A stretch of 64,000 nucleotides of DNA from Oceanispirochaeta sp. (GCA_963666275.2 CAXXOA010000002.1:384001-448000); one strand, 5' to 3'; shown: positions 10,563-21,076, numbered from the stretch's first letter. The notes: generated by a model not told the origin, from the letters alone. A program made the numbers and translations.

Positions 10563-11367
10563 TGGGAACCTCCGTACATGGTATTCTTAAACTTTCAATC
10601 GATTCAACTTTTCCATTGCTGTTCAGATCCATCACAACGCCCTGGAGCTCCAGATTCTCAAAACAGTCTTTGGAACGTTCGGGCACCTGGGTCATGAATT
10701 TTCCCAGCTCAATTTCAGGATCAAGCCCCCCCACGGAAAAGAGGCTCCCGGTTCTTCCCGAATCGGTAATGATAGCGGTTCCTTTGGGCATGATCCCGCA
10801 GTCTGCCGTTATGGCCCGGGTTCCCGAACCTATCACCGCAGAGACTTTTCCGTCTATCAGATGGAACATTGTCTGTTTTTCCGCTGTTGTGGTGGCATGA
10901 AAATTCACAATAATGGAATCTGTACTGCTCCTGAGTTTGCTCACAATCTCAGGCAGATAGGAAAAAGGGTTGGACAGGTGAACCCTGTAATAACCGGACT
11001 GACCCATTATATTGATCACTCCGATCTTCTGATCCCCCACATTGAAAACCCCCCAACCCCTGCCGGGACTGCCGGGAGGATAATTGGCAGGACGGAGAAC
11101 AAAGGACGCCTTGGATATAAAGCCGACCATATCTTTTTTATAATAGACGCACTCACCTGAGGTAATGAGATCAAGACCAAGCTTTTTCAACTGGAGAGAG
11201 TGATTCTTTCCCATACCGAATCCACCGGCGACACCATTACCATTGGCAATGGTAAAATCGATCCCGTACTCTTTTTTAATCCTGGGAAGCATTCGTTTTA
11301 CAGTAAAGACACCTGCTTTACTGACAATTTCACCGATGAAGAGAATTTTCATTATCATAAAATACAA
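10540..11367 (-). CDS. YmdB-like (TIGR00282) metallophosphoesterase, degenerate metal motifs
   Basis: LRPANYPPGSPGRG, FHA..AEK, TDSGRTG; several metal ligands substituted. Confidence 0.85.
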   Translation of the reverse strand: MYFMIMKILFIGEIVSKAGVFTVKRMLPRIKKEYGIDFTIANGNGVAGGFGMGKNHSLQLKKLGLDLITSGECVYYKKDMVGFISKASFVLRPANYPPGSPGRGWGVFNVGDQKIGVINIMGQSGYYRVHLSNPFSYLPEIVSKLRSSTDSIIVNFHATTTAEKQTMFHLIDGKVSAVIGSGTRAITADCGIMPKGTAIITDSGRTGSLFSVGGLDPEIELGKFMTQVPERSKDCFENLELQGVVMDLNSNGKVESIESLRIPCTEVPNETASNS

Positions 11368-11436
11368 AATTTGACCGCAAGAAACAATCGCCCGGCCCTC
11401 TTATATTCAATTGTTTTACTCCCATAAAGAGGGTTA

Positions 11437-11465
11437 TTGACAAAATGAATGAGGCTACCTATACT
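11437..11465 (+). promoter_or_regulatory. Sigma-70 promoter of tRNA-Leu copy 1
   Basis: TTGACA-N17-TATACT, 12 nt before the tRNA. Confidence 0.85.
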
Positions 11466-11477
11466 AAGCCCACGTCT

Positions 11478-11561
11478 GCCTGGATGGTGAAATTGGTAGA
11501 CACGCTAGTTTCAGGGACTAGTGCTCGCAAGGGCGTGGAGGTTCGAGTCCTCTTCCAGGCA
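11478..11561 (+). tRNA. tRNA-Leu(CAG), copy 1
   Basis: Acceptor GCCTGGA/TCCAGGC+A, anticodon arm CTAGT-TTCAGGG-ACTAG, long variable arm, GGTTCGAGTCC T-arm; CCA not encoded. Confidence 0.97.
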
Positions 11562-11562
11562 T

Positions 11563-11597
11563 AAAAGATCCAATCTGTTGATTGGGTCTTTTTTTTT
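11563..11597 (+). terminator. Intrinsic terminator after tRNA copy 1
   Basis: aaaagatccaatc-tgtt-gattgggtctttt followed by a T-run. Confidence 0.85.
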
Positions 11598-11666
11598 GCT
11601 TAAAACTTACGATTTCATCTTTAAAACTGTTTGCTATTTTTAAGTCATAACTCCGAATTGACTGAT

Positions 11667-12869
11667 TCAATTTCCGTTTTGAGCCCAGAGTCGTTTATAT
11701 AGGACTTCCGGTTCGACAGTATCAGCCGGAAGCACCTGGATATTTTCAATACCACTGCAAATATCCAGAAGATTATCCTTCCCGTAGCAGAGAAAGACCC
11801 CCATCGAATCCCGATAGAAGTTATCTGACTCCAGGATGGAAGGCCTGACAGGAAGCATTCCACCCGGGCTCATATGCAGATAGGATAAATAGACATCTTC
11901 TCTATAAAAAAAGTTGATAAACTTCTTAACCAGGTCCGGACTGATACCTGTATTGAAAATCCCCCATCCGCTCACACTCCCAAAACTTTTCACATCATCT
12001 CCATAGGAGAGAGCACTGATAAAACCGGTTTTTTCGAGAAGCCCTTTGCTGCTGTCAGTTCCGGTAAGATCAGAAAAATGTTTTCCAGTCAATGAGTCAG
12101 CCCCTATACTGTCAATTGCCAGATCATCCATAAGATGAGTAGAATAGATCAGCATGGGAGCTCTGTTCTGAAAGTAATAATCTCTGGCTCTGGAAGTTAG
12201 TTCCCCTTTCGGTGCTGATGCAGCCAAATTCCTGTAGAGTGCGAAAGTCTTCTCATTCAGCCTTCCACCTGACATCTGGTAGAATGACTGCTGGAGATAT
12301 CGGTCTTCAGCTGTGCCGATGATACATCCATAATCCATAATTCCGGAATTTATAATTAAGCGGGCAGTCTGCAGGATACTTTCCGGATTCTCCGGAACCG
12401 CAATTCCCAGATTTTGAAAAACATCTTTTCGATACCAGATAAGCTGGAGCCAGGCAGTGAAGGGGATTCCAATATATTCTGATGCCTCAACGGGGTCTTT
12501 AAAAGCGGATAATGCACCGGCATAAAATGGTTCACTCATCAATTCATTGAGAATATCTGTCGACAAAAACCGGTTCAGAAATCCTTTGTCAGCAAACATA
12601 TGAAGAATGGGAGAATCTGCAATTAAAATATCTGCCACAGGTGTGCCCTGGTCACCGATTAAACTCATTGGGGTTTCATCGCTAAAGGGAATAATTTCAA
12701 CTTCAATGGAAGGATAATACAATTCAAAAGCGTCACATAGGTATCTCAGCTCAGCCAACCTTTCCGTTTGCGTATTGGATGTGGCAAAACGGAGAACCTC
12801 AGAACTCAAAGGTGAGAAAGCCCATACCAGCAAAATCCCGGCTATGAATAATAAGCGAAACAGCTTCAT
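11667..12869 (-). CDS. Extracellular solute-binding protein (sugar-type, family 1)
   Basis: Signal peptide, GIPF...IWYRKDVFQNLGIAVP motif; 4-nt overlap with the cyclase. Confidence 0.8.
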   Translation of the reverse strand: MKLFRLLFIAGILLVWAFSPLSSEVLRFATSNTQTERLAELRYLCDAFELYYPSIEVEIIPFSDETPMSLIGDQGTPVADILIADSPILHMFADKGFLNRFLSTDILNELMSEPFYAGALSAFKDPVEASEYIGIPFTAWLQLIWYRKDVFQNLGIAVPENPESILQTARLIINSGIMDYGCIIGTAEDRYLQQSFYQMSGGRLNEKTFALYRNLAASAPKGELTSRARDYYFQNRAPMLIYSTHLMDDLAIDSIGADSLTGKHFSDLTGTDSSKGLLEKTGFISALSYGDDVKSFGSVSGWGIFNTGISPDLVKKFINFFYREDVYLSYLHMSPGGMLPVRPSILESDNFYRDSMGVFLCYGKDNLLDICSGIENIQVLPADTVEPEVLYKRLWAQNGN

Positions 12870-15001
12870 TTGCTATCCATCCATCTGTGAGGAGACCATT
12901 CCTTCCGGGTATCCATAAGCTGCTCCCGACAGATCGCAATTAAACGAAGGGTATTATAATCATCGTTCTTCAAAAAGACGGCAGACTCAAAGAGAACAAG
13001 CGCTTTTTCCAGTTTCCCTTTCAGATACTCTTCAAATCCCTCGCAGATCATTTCAGCGAAATCACAGGTTCTGGTATCTCTGCTTCCCGGCAGATCCATC
13101 AGCTCATAAATAATCAGAGGTTGGCTCCTGCCTTTCACAACAACCGAATCCATGGGGCGAATAATAAATGGATGGGTCAAACTCTCTTTTGTTCCCTCAC
13201 CGATAAGAATCTGTGTCCTGAAATATTTATTCATTCCTTCAATTCGACTGGCAAGATTGACTGTATCGCCGATAACCGTATAGTTCATTCTCTGCCGGGA
13301 GCCAATATTTCCGACCATGGCATTCCCCGTTTCGATTCCTATCCTTGTAAAAAACTCAGGCATCAGCGTTTTGTTCCAGAACTCGTTCATCCGGGATAAA
13401 ACACCCTGCATTTCCAGGGCGGCATAGCAGGCCAGATCTGCATGATTATGTTTGATTTCAGGAGCATTCCAGAATGCCATAATCGAATCTCCGATGAACT
13501 TGTCGATGGTACCGCCTCTGTTTTTAATTTCACCCAACAGAGCTTCGAAGTAATATGAAAGCTGCGTAAAGAGCTCCTCTGGATTTAGATTTTCAGAAAT
13601 ATTTGTGAAGTTCTGTATGTCAGAAAACAGAAAAGTCATTTCTCTCTGCTCTCCCTCCAGATTAACATCATTTGAAGAGTTGAGTAGCTGTTTGACAAGA
13701 TCAGAGGGAACATAGGAAGAAAAGTGACGGAGACCTTTTTTCATAACACCTATTTCGGTACTTAAAAGATGGATCTCTGTTATGGCTGTGTTGATTTGAA
13801 CATCATCGTCAAAATGGAATTCACCGATTTTTTTCGCTTCTTCCATAAGGCTGAGGATCGGCCTGCTTATTAATTTGGATATATAGAAAATTCCGGGAAT
13901 AGATGCCAGGAGAATCAGAAGGGAAATCAGAACGGTGATTCTAAATGTTCTAATGAAAGGAAGAAGTATCTGATCTTTTGACACGGCGACAAAAAGGAAC
14001 TCGTTTTGACTCCAGGGAACTGTATTGATCTTGATAATGAACTCTTCTTTTTCAGCAAAGACCGAATAGTTTTTATTGAAATCCAGATTATCAATACCGT
14101 ATTCTTCCATAAAAGCCTGAATCACCAGGTTATGAGAGTTCTCAAGGAGGGGCATCGTATTCATCCGGTAGGAAATCAGGGCATCCATGGGAAATGCGAC
14201 ACACTCGCCGTCACTGTTGAAAATCAGAGTCAGAGCCTGTTTGCTCTTGCCCAGTTCATCCAGATACTCATTCATTTCAGAAAGCAGCATATCAACTCCC
14301 AGAACTCCCCCTATGCTACTTGAGAACCCTTTTGAGACTGTGATTCCGGGAACTGTGATGTTTGAAAACATATAGGGCCCTGTTCTAACCGGTTCATTCT
14401 CATTAACGGCCGCTTTATACCAGATCCGGTCACGGGGATCGTACCCCCGATCCTTTTCCTTCCGCGATCCGATAGTCTGTCTTGAAGAATTCAAAAACTT
14501 CCATAACCTGACAGGCTTCTCTGAAGAACCTATATAAAACTGACGCAATATGGCATAGGCGGCCCCTTCAGGTGCCCCCAGATTAAAGACAGGACCCTCA
14601 TAATCACTGGCGGCTAGAGAGTAAATTTCAAAGAAAGTACCATCTTCATACCCCACATATATAATTCGAAGCTGTGGGTACCGATCCATGGAGTTCATAA
14701 TAAAATCTTCATAGGGATGGCTCTGAAGACTTGGTTTCTCAGCAATTCCTGGTAGGGATGAAGCCTGATCTGCTATGAAAAATGCCGGCTCATGCAGACT
14801 CTGCATTTCCATTACCACTTTCTCAGTTTTTTCAGAAATAGTAACTTCCGAAAGATCTATCGCGTATGCGACACTCCTTCTATACTGCAGTAATGTCACC
14901 GCTCCCACAATAGAAACGATGAGAACAGTAAACATAAAAAATATTGTCACCAGGATAGGAATACCAGAGTTTTTTTTCCCTTTAAAAAAATCTTTCTTCA
15001 T
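12866..15001 (-). CDS. Membrane adenylate cyclase (TM, Cache-like, TM, HAMP, class III catalytic)
   Basis: YDPRDRIWY Cache motif; FSDIQNFT, DKFIGDSIMAFW, GDTVNLASRIEG. Confidence 0.92.
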   Translation of the reverse strand: MKKDFFKGKKNSGIPILVTIFFMFTVLIVSIVGAVTLLQYRRSVAYAIDLSEVTISEKTEKVVMEMQSLHEPAFFIADQASSLPGIAEKPSLQSHPYEDFIMNSMDRYPQLRIIYVGYEDGTFFEIYSLAASDYEGPVFNLGAPEGAAYAILRQFYIGSSEKPVRLWKFLNSSRQTIGSRKEKDRGYDPRDRIWYKAAVNENEPVRTGPYMFSNITVPGITVSKGFSSSIGGVLGVDMLLSEMNEYLDELGKSKQALTLIFNSDGECVAFPMDALISYRMNTMPLLENSHNLVIQAFMEEYGIDNLDFNKNYSVFAEKEEFIIKINTVPWSQNEFLFVAVSKDQILLPFIRTFRITVLISLLILLASIPGIFYISKLISRPILSLMEEAKKIGEFHFDDDVQINTAITEIHLLSTEIGVMKKGLRHFSSYVPSDLVKQLLNSSNDVNLEGEQREMTFLFSDIQNFTNISENLNPEELFTQLSYYFEALLGEIKNRGGTIDKFIGDSIMAFWNAPEIKHNHADLACYAALEMQGVLSRMNEFWNKTLMPEFFTRIGIETGNAMVGNIGSRQRMNYTVIGDTVNLASRIEGMNKYFRTQILIGEGTKESLTHPFIIRPMDSVVVKGRSQPLIIYELMDLPGSRDTRTCDFAEMICEGFEEYLKGKLEKALVLFESAVFLKNDDYNTLRLIAICREQLMDTRKEWSPHRWMDSK

Positions 15002-15062
15002 ACCAGCTTGTTCAACTACTGTAAAATGAATTGAAAAGTATCCAAAAGAATATTCTCCGGTC

Positions 15063-15108
15063 CAAACATATAGATACTTTTTACTCCTGAAAAAAGTCTA
15101 TATGTTTG
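15063..15108. repeat. Long inverted repeat upstream of the cyclase gene
   Basis: caaacatataga...tctatatgtttg 12-bp arms with an inner cttttt/aaaaag pair. Confidence 0.65.
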
Positions 15109-15189
15109 ATTTTGGGAAATCAAGATTTTTTTACTGATTGATTATTTTTATGCTCTCCAGAAGAGATTCCGTATAAAATTCAGCACAAC

Positions 15190-15576
15190 CTATCGTCTCA
15201 GCAGCAGAGGCGTCATATCCTTCTCATCCTGGACATACCAGGTTTTCCCAAAGCTGAGCTCCGGATGGATATCATCTTTTTCCGGGCACACAAAGACTTC
15301 GTCCACCCGGGTTGGTCTCCAGAGAGTCAGGATATGGTGATACACTTCTCCTTTATGAATAAACCACTCCTCCCAGAAAAGACGATTCTGTTTTGCCCGG
15401 GGAGGTATGGCATTGATTACCGTATACTCATCGTTTTCCTTGAGGACCCATTTGTGTTCTTCATAGGGATTGCCGAAATCCGTGTCCGAATAGAAAAGGA
15501 TCTCCGGATCCAGGTCCAGTCTTCTGAAATAGTCATAGCAGCCGTTTGCCGATAAAGTTCTTCGTAAGCTATTCAT
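15190..15576 (-). CDS. Hypothetical protein
   Basis: 128 aa ORF with GAGG RBS; no motif recognised. Confidence 0.65.
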   Translation of the reverse strand: MNSLRRTLSANGCYDYFRRLDLDPEILFYSDTDFGNPYEEHKWVLKENDEYTVINAIPPRAKQNRLFWEEWFIHKGEVYHHILTLWRPTRVDEVFVCPEKDDIHPELSFGKTWYVQDEKDMTPLLLRR

Positions 15577-15660
15577 GTAACGCCTCTCACAATTTCATTT
15601 CTTCCAGTATGAATTTTAAACTAAATCGGATGAGGGAGCCATAGGAGAAGCGGGAAAAAA

Positions 15661-17319
15661 TCAGCGCCGCATATATCCGCCTGCCATGGCTGAAGCCGCG
15701 GTAGCCTGAAATATACCCAGAATTCCCGGGAGCTTTTCCTGTTTACGGGAGATCTCTTTCCGTCGTTGTTCAAAATCCACCCCCAGGGCTTCTATGATTC
15801 TTGAAGGTATATCGATCCTGATCCTGTCTCCATCTTTCAGAAGCCCGATCTCTCCCCCTTCTGCCGCCTCGGGGGAGACATGCCCTATACAGGGGCCTTT
15901 ACTGGCTCCGGAAAACCGGCCGTCCGTGATAATGGCTGTGGATGAAACAAGCTCCGGGTCCGCACAGAGCGCTTCGGTCGTATAGAACATCTCGGGCATG
16001 CCGCTCCCTTTGGGCCCCGCATAGGCAATAACAACAACATCCCCCGGCTGGATCCTGCGGGTCAGGATAGCATCCCGGGCATCCAGTTCTGTATAGAACA
16101 CCCTGGCAGTCCCTGTAAAGGTGTGCATCTTTTCATCCATGCCCACATATTTAACCACAGCTCCGTCCCGGGCAATGTTTCCTTTCAGTATGGCAATAGC
16201 ACCGGAGTCATTGAGCTTTTTTATGACATCCTTTTTACTGACGCTGTAATTTGCCAGAAACCCTTCTTTCTCTTTCAGGTATCCGCTTCTTTCCATCTGC
16301 TCCAGATTCTCACCCAGAGTCTGCCCTGTCACTGTGAGGACATCCAGATTGAGATGTTCCTTCAGAATAATCATCAGGGCGGGAACACCGCCGGCATACC
16401 AGAACATATCCGTAGCATAACGTCCCACTGGCCGGGTATTCACAAGGAAGGGAATTTGTCTCTGAATCCTGTCGACCTCATCCGCATAAAAGGGAATTCC
16501 CGCTTCCTCGGCAATTGCGGGAAGGTGAATGAGGGCATTGGTGGATCCTCCGATAGCCCCGTGAATGACCAGAGCATTGTGCATGGATTCTGGAGTCAGG
16601 ATATCCCGCACCCGGATACCTTTTTTCTGCAGTTCCACCAACCGGGCTCCGGCCTGCTTCGCCATATTCTGAATATCCGTGGACGATGCCGGCATAACCG
16701 CACTGTGGGGAAGAGACAGACCCATAGCCTCTGCCATGATCTGCATAGTTGCCGCGGTACCCATGAACTGGCAGGCCCCGCCGGAAGGACAGGCGCTGGC
16801 CTGGCAGATGCGGAATGTCTCTTCACTGATGATATTTTTCTTGAACCCCGCATTCACATTGCCGATCTGTTCCAGGGTAAATCCGTTGGGTCCGCTGGGC
16901 ATCACCCCTCCGGGAACAAAGATACCGGGCAGATTGAGCCGGGCCAGAGCCATCAGATGGGCCGGAACAGCCTTGTCGCAGGAAGAGATGCAGACCAGGC
17001 CGTCAAAGGCACTGGCTTTGGCATGGACTTCCACCATACCGGCTATGAGTTCCCGGGAAACAAGGGAGTAGTTCATGCCCTCATGTCCCTGGGCTATGCC
17101 GTCGCAGATATCTGTTGTGGTGTAGGACGAGGGCTTGGCTCCCCTGAATTTGATCCCGTCCGCGGCCATGTTCACCAGTTTATCCAGCCCCACACTCCCG
17201 GGGTGACTGTCTCCGAAGGTGCTTTCCACAAGGATCTGTTTCCGTTCGATATCTTCTTCATCCCAGTGCATGCCCATTCTGAGGGCATCCATTTCCGGGG
17301 CATTCGTGTTAATTCCCAT
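15661..17319 (-). CDS. IlvD/Edd-family dehydratase (probably sugar-acid dehydratase)
   Basis: CDGIAQGH, CDKAVP, GGACQFMGTA, GGSTNA, GMPEM, TDGRFSG, GHVSPEA; start moved to MGINT. Confidence 0.9.
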   Translation of the reverse strand: MGINTNAPEMDALRMGMHWDEEDIERKQILVESTFGDSHPGSVGLDKLVNMAADGIKFRGAKPSSYTTTDICDGIAQGHEGMNYSLVSRELIAGMVEVHAKASAFDGLVCISSCDKAVPAHLMALARLNLPGIFVPGGVMPSGPNGFTLEQIGNVNAGFKKNIISEETFRICQASACPSGGACQFMGTAATMQIMAEAMGLSLPHSAVMPASSTDIQNMAKQAGARLVELQKKGIRVRDILTPESMHNALVIHGAIGGSTNALIHLPAIAEEAGIPFYADEVDRIQRQIPFLVNTRPVGRYATDMFWYAGGVPALMIILKEHLNLDVLTVTGQTLGENLEQMERSGYLKEKEGFLANYSVSKKDVIKKLNDSGAIAILKGNIARDGAVVKYVGMDEKMHTFTGTARVFYTELDARDAILTRRIQPGDVVVIAYAGPKGSGMPEMFYTTEALCADPELVSSTAIITDGRFSGASKGPCIGHVSPEAAEGGEIGLLKDGDRIRIDIPSRIIEALGVDFEQRRKEISRKQEKLPGILGIFQATAASAMAGGYMRR

Positions 17320-17347
17320 TTCTCTCTTACAATCCTTTCTCAGTGTA

Positions 17348-18130
17348 TTAAACAGTGGCCCTGGTGGCTCCCGTAGAGATCCCGCCATCCACCAGAAGGC
17401 ACTGACCGGTTATGTATTCACTGGCATCCGAGGCCAGAAATACCACAGCCCCATCCAGATCCCGGGGATGGCCCGGACGGTTCAGGGGGATCCTGTCCTC
17501 TATGTATCTCACCCAGTCCGTGTTCTCATAAAGGACCCGGTTCTGTTCGGTTTTAAACCAGCCCGGTGCCAGGCAGTTGACTGTCACACCATAGCCGCCC
17601 CATTCATCGGCCAGACTCATGGTCATCTGCTTGATCCCTCCCCGGCTGGCACAGTAGGGGGTGATCCCGGCGTAGCCGAATACACTGGTAACGGAACCGA
17701 TATTGATAATACGTCCCTTCCGGGCTTTTATCATGCCCTCCGCTATAGCCTGGGCTACGAAAAAAGGCCCTCTCAGGTTCGTATCCAGTATGGTATTCCA
17801 TTCCTCCCATGTCACATCCAGGGCCGGTTTTCGAATATTGCACCCGGCGTTATTCACAAGGATATCAATGGCATCAAACTGGCTGTGAACCTGCTCTGCC
17901 ATCTGCCGGATGCTCCGGGGATCTGTCACATCCAGCTCAACAGGAAAAACCTGCCTTCCCATAGCGGAGATTTCTTCAGAGAATGCCTGCAGACTATCCA
18001 GACGCCGGCTTGTGATGACAAGGTCTGCTCCGGCTTCTGCCAGCGCCCGACCCATATACTGCCCCAGTCCCCGGCTGGCACCGGTGACAAGAGCTGTTTT
18101 CCCTGATAGATCAAAGAGTGTTTGTTTCAT
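17348..18130 (-). CDS. SDR oxidoreductase, gluconate 5-dehydrogenase/KduD-like
   Basis: TGASRGLG, NNAG, YCASRGG, APGWFKT. Confidence 0.85.
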   Translation of the reverse strand: MKQTLFDLSGKTALVTGASRGLGQYMGRALAEAGADLVITSRRLDSLQAFSEEISAMGRQVFPVELDVTDPRSIRQMAEQVHSQFDAIDILVNNAGCNIRKPALDVTWEEWNTILDTNLRGPFFVAQAIAEGMIKARKGRIINIGSVTSVFGYAGITPYCASRGGIKQMTMSLADEWGGYGVTVNCLAPGWFKTEQNRVLYENTDWVRYIEDRIPLNRPGHPRDLDGAVVFLASDASEYITGQCLLVDGGISTGATRATV

Positions 18131-18144
18131 AGTATTTCCTTTTT

Positions 18145-19179
18145 TTACGGGAGTAGAATCACTTTCAGCAGACTTGCCGAACCTTTTTCAAGAAGTTCCA
18201 TTCTGGAAGCCCCTTCGGAGAGAGGAACAGCCTGGGAGATCAGTTTTGAGACATCGATCCGGCGGCTGCGGATCATATCAATACAGATCTGATACTCTCC
18301 GGCAGAGGCGTTGGACCCCTGAAGGCGGAGCTGCCTGGCAACCACAGCCTGCAGAGGAATATCGATGTCTGGAGAAAAATTCCCTATCATTGTCAGGGTC
18401 CCTCCCCGGCCCAGGGTTTGTAGCCCCGAATTGGCTGTCACAGACAGACCTACCGCATCGATAGCGCAGTCCGCGCCCCTGCCTCCGGTCAGGGCAAGGA
18501 TCTCCCGGGGTACATCTTTTTCCGCCGAATTGAAAACGCCTGCGGCTCCCAGTTCCCTTGCGATATTCAGTCTCTCCTCATCCAGATCCGCCACAAATAC
18601 CCGACTGCACCCGGAGGCGAGGAGAACCTGCAGAGTCAGTAATCCGATCACTCCCGCTCCGAAGACTATTGCCGTATCTCCCAGGGATACTGGTGTGATA
18701 TTTACAGCATGAAGAGCGATGGAAAGGGGCTCTATCATGGCGCCCTCCTGAAAACTCAGCTCATCGGGTAATCTGTAGAGAATCCTCTCGGGAACACAGA
18801 TGTACTCAGCAAAGGTCCCGTCCCGGGAATACTCATCACAGCCTACGCCCAGAACTTTCCTGTTTTGGCAGAAGTTGATTTTTCCCTGACGGCAGTAGAA
18901 ACACTCTCCGCAGTAAATGGTGGAATCAAAGGTGACCCTGTCCCCGTTCTGAAACTCTTTCACGTTCTTTCCTGACGCTTCAATGATCCCCGCAGCTTCA
19001 TGCCCCATTATCAGGGGAGGAATCCTCCGGCCTGTACTGCCGTTGAATCCATGAACATCGCTGCCGCAGATCCCCGTAGCCCGGATCCGGATCAGGACTT
19101 CATCAGGCCCGGGAACAGGCTTTTCCACCCGGGAGAGAACAAGATTTCCATAACTCTTCAGCACCAGAGCATCCATCAT
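18145..19179 (-). CDS. Zn-dependent polyol/sugar-acid dehydrogenase (MDR)
   Basis: GICGSD, GHE, CGECFYCRQGKINFC structural Zn site, GAGVIG. Confidence 0.9.
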   Translation of the reverse strand: MMDALVLKSYGNLVLSRVEKPVPGPDEVLIRIRATGICGSDVHGFNGSTGRRIPPLIMGHEAAGIIEASGKNVKEFQNGDRVTFDSTIYCGECFYCRQGKINFCQNRKVLGVGCDEYSRDGTFAEYICVPERILYRLPDELSFQEGAMIEPLSIALHAVNITPVSLGDTAIVFGAGVIGLLTLQVLLASGCSRVFVADLDEERLNIARELGAAGVFNSAEKDVPREILALTGGRGADCAIDAVGLSVTANSGLQTLGRGGTLTMIGNFSPDIDIPLQAVVARQLRLQGSNASAGEYQICIDMIRSRRIDVSKLISQAVPLSEGASRMELLEKGSASLLKVILLP

Positions 19180-20174
19180 AAGGCAACCCCTCCCACCGCA
19201 TAGGCGGGAGTCTCCCCCCGGAGAAAAGAGACCACTGATTCGACAGACATCTGCTGCATCCGGAGTTTTCCCATATCCGTATCGGATCCCACATGGGGAG
19301 TGGCTATTACATTCAGTGAATTTTCAAGGGGGAGGTCTGGATACTCCCAGGGTTCATCCAGACAGAATCCGCGCAAACCGCCGGACCGGACAGCCTGATA
19401 GGCCGCCCGGTTATCAGTGAGCCCTCCCCGGGCACAGTTGATAAGACAGGCGGATCTTTTCATAAGTCTGATCTCCTCCTGGCCTATAATCCTCTGTCCC
19501 CCCGAGGCATGGAGAGTAATAAAATCGGAGACTTCGCAGAGCCGGGGCAGATCCACATATTCCACTCCCGCCTCCTCCGCCCAGAGTCTGTCGGGAAAGA
19601 GGTCAGAGGCAAGGATCTTCATTCCGAATCCACTCATCAGAGAGACAACCTCTCTTCCGATGGCTCCTGTCCCCACGATGCCCATGGTTTTTCCTTTCAC
19701 ATCCAGCCGGGACACGCCGCTTTTAAGCTTCCCCTGACGGCCTCTGGCATTCTGGTGGATCATACGCCCTGCGGTACCCAGCAGGCAGGAGACAGCCCAT
19801 TCCGCTGTGGACTGGGCGCTGGCCAGGGGTGTATTGGTAACTGTTATTCCCGCCTCTGCGGCAGCAGCAATATCCACAGAGTTATATCCGATGCCGTACC
19901 GGGCGATAAGGCTCAGATCTCCCCCGTAGGTTCTGCCGGCCCGCCTGAGAAGGGCGGATTCCCAGGGCTCCAGATCTGCAATCACAGCTATAGCGCCCTG
20001 TATCTCTTCATGGGTTACAGGTTCGGAAGGATTCCGGTCACAGCGGTATTCAATATCCACGGAAGCCTGCCTGGCAGCTTCTTCCAGCAGCCTTGCGGGC
20101 TCTCCCTCTCCGGATGGATGGGAAGTCAGTTCGTCCAGAAAACTTGTGGCAAAGACAAGGACTTTCTTGTTCAT
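19176..20174 (-). CDS. D-isomer-specific 2-hydroxyacid dehydrogenase
   Basis: ARYGIGYNSVD, GTGAIG, INCARG, TPHVG. Confidence 0.9.
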   Translation of the reverse strand: MNKKVLVFATSFLDELTSHPSGEGEPARLLEEAARQASVDIEYRCDRNPSEPVTHEEIQGAIAVIADLEPWESALLRRAGRTYGGDLSLIARYGIGYNSVDIAAAAEAGITVTNTPLASAQSTAEWAVSCLLGTAGRMIHQNARGRQGKLKSGVSRLDVKGKTMGIVGTGAIGREVVSLMSGFGMKILASDLFPDRLWAEEAGVEYVDLPRLCEVSDFITLHASGGQRIIGQEEIRLMKRSACLINCARGGLTDNRAAYQAVRSGGLRGFCLDEPWEYPDLPLENSLNVIATPHVGSDTDMGKLRMQQMSVESVVSFLRGETPAYAVGGVAL

Positions 20175-20323
20175 CAGGGGTTCCTCTTTTTTCTCAATCC
20201 AGGATTGATCTCTTTGATCTCATCTTAAATTGCCCTCAGAAGAACACAAGAAAATTGCGGCCAGCAGTATTATCCCGGGATGAACCGGAAATGACAGCTG
20301 TGAGCGGTATGGGAATATGTGAA

Positions 20324-21076
20324 TCAGACCCGGAGGCCCATCCTGATTTTGAAGTCTTTCATCCTTTCCCGGCTGACCTGGAGGGATGAGGAGTTTTCGA
20401 GGACCACAGCCAGCCGTCCCTGTCCCCAGGGCATAAGACGGAGAATCTTTTCGAGGTTGACAATGGCATTCCGGTGGATACGCATAAACGTCCGGGGATC
20501 CAGCCGTTTTTCAAACTGGTTCAGAGTTGTATCCGTCTGAAATTCCCTCTCTTTTGTCTGTATATAGACAAGACCTCCCACTATTTTAAAGCAGAGGATC
20601 TCTTCAACTGGAATGATGGCATAGACATGCTTATCCCTGACGCTGACTCTCTGGAGATAGTCCTCTGCTGAACTGAGACTGTCTACTGCGCTTCTGGTCC
20701 TGTCCTTGTAGTCATCCGGATCGACAAGGACTTTTTTCAGCTGATCGATAGACTGCCTGAACCTGTCCTTGCTGAAGGGTTTAAGAAGATAGTCCAGGGC
20801 ATGAACATTAAAGGCCTCTATGGCGTACTCATCGTAGGCTGTGGTAAAGACAACAATGGCATCATGAGTCAGCGCCCTGACGACTTCAAAACCATCCATC
20901 CGGGGCATCTGAATATCCAGAAAGAGGACATCCGGCTTCAGCTCATTGGCCATACCCACCGCGTCCGCTCCGTTGGAGGCCTCTCCGAGGACCTGGATTT
21001 CATCGTATTCCGCCAGAAAGGACAGAAGCCTCTCTCTGGCCGGCTGCTCATCATCCACCACAATGACTTTAATCAA
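20324..21076 (-). CDS. LytTR-family response regulator
   Basis: VVDDE, FLDIQMP, FTTAYDEYA, DYLLKP, FMRIHR, VSR; TTG start with GGAG RBS. Confidence 0.93.
   Translation of the reverse strand: MIKVIVVDDEQPARERLLSFLAEYDEIQVLGEASNGADAVGMANELKPDVLFLDIQMPRMDGFEVVRALTHDAIVVFTTAYDEYAIEAFNVHALDYLLKPFSKDRFRQSIDQLKKVLVDPDDYKDRTRSAVDSLSSAEDYLQRVSVRDKHVYAIIPVEEILCFKIVGGLVYIQTKEREFQTDTTLNQFEKRLDPRTFMRIHRNAIVNLEKILRLMPWGQGRLAVVLENSSSLQVSRERMKDFKIRMGLRV

Noticed and set aside
15661..17319. Gene symbol ilvD
   Set aside because: The family is clear, but the sugar-acid context argues against assigning branched-chain biosynthesis.
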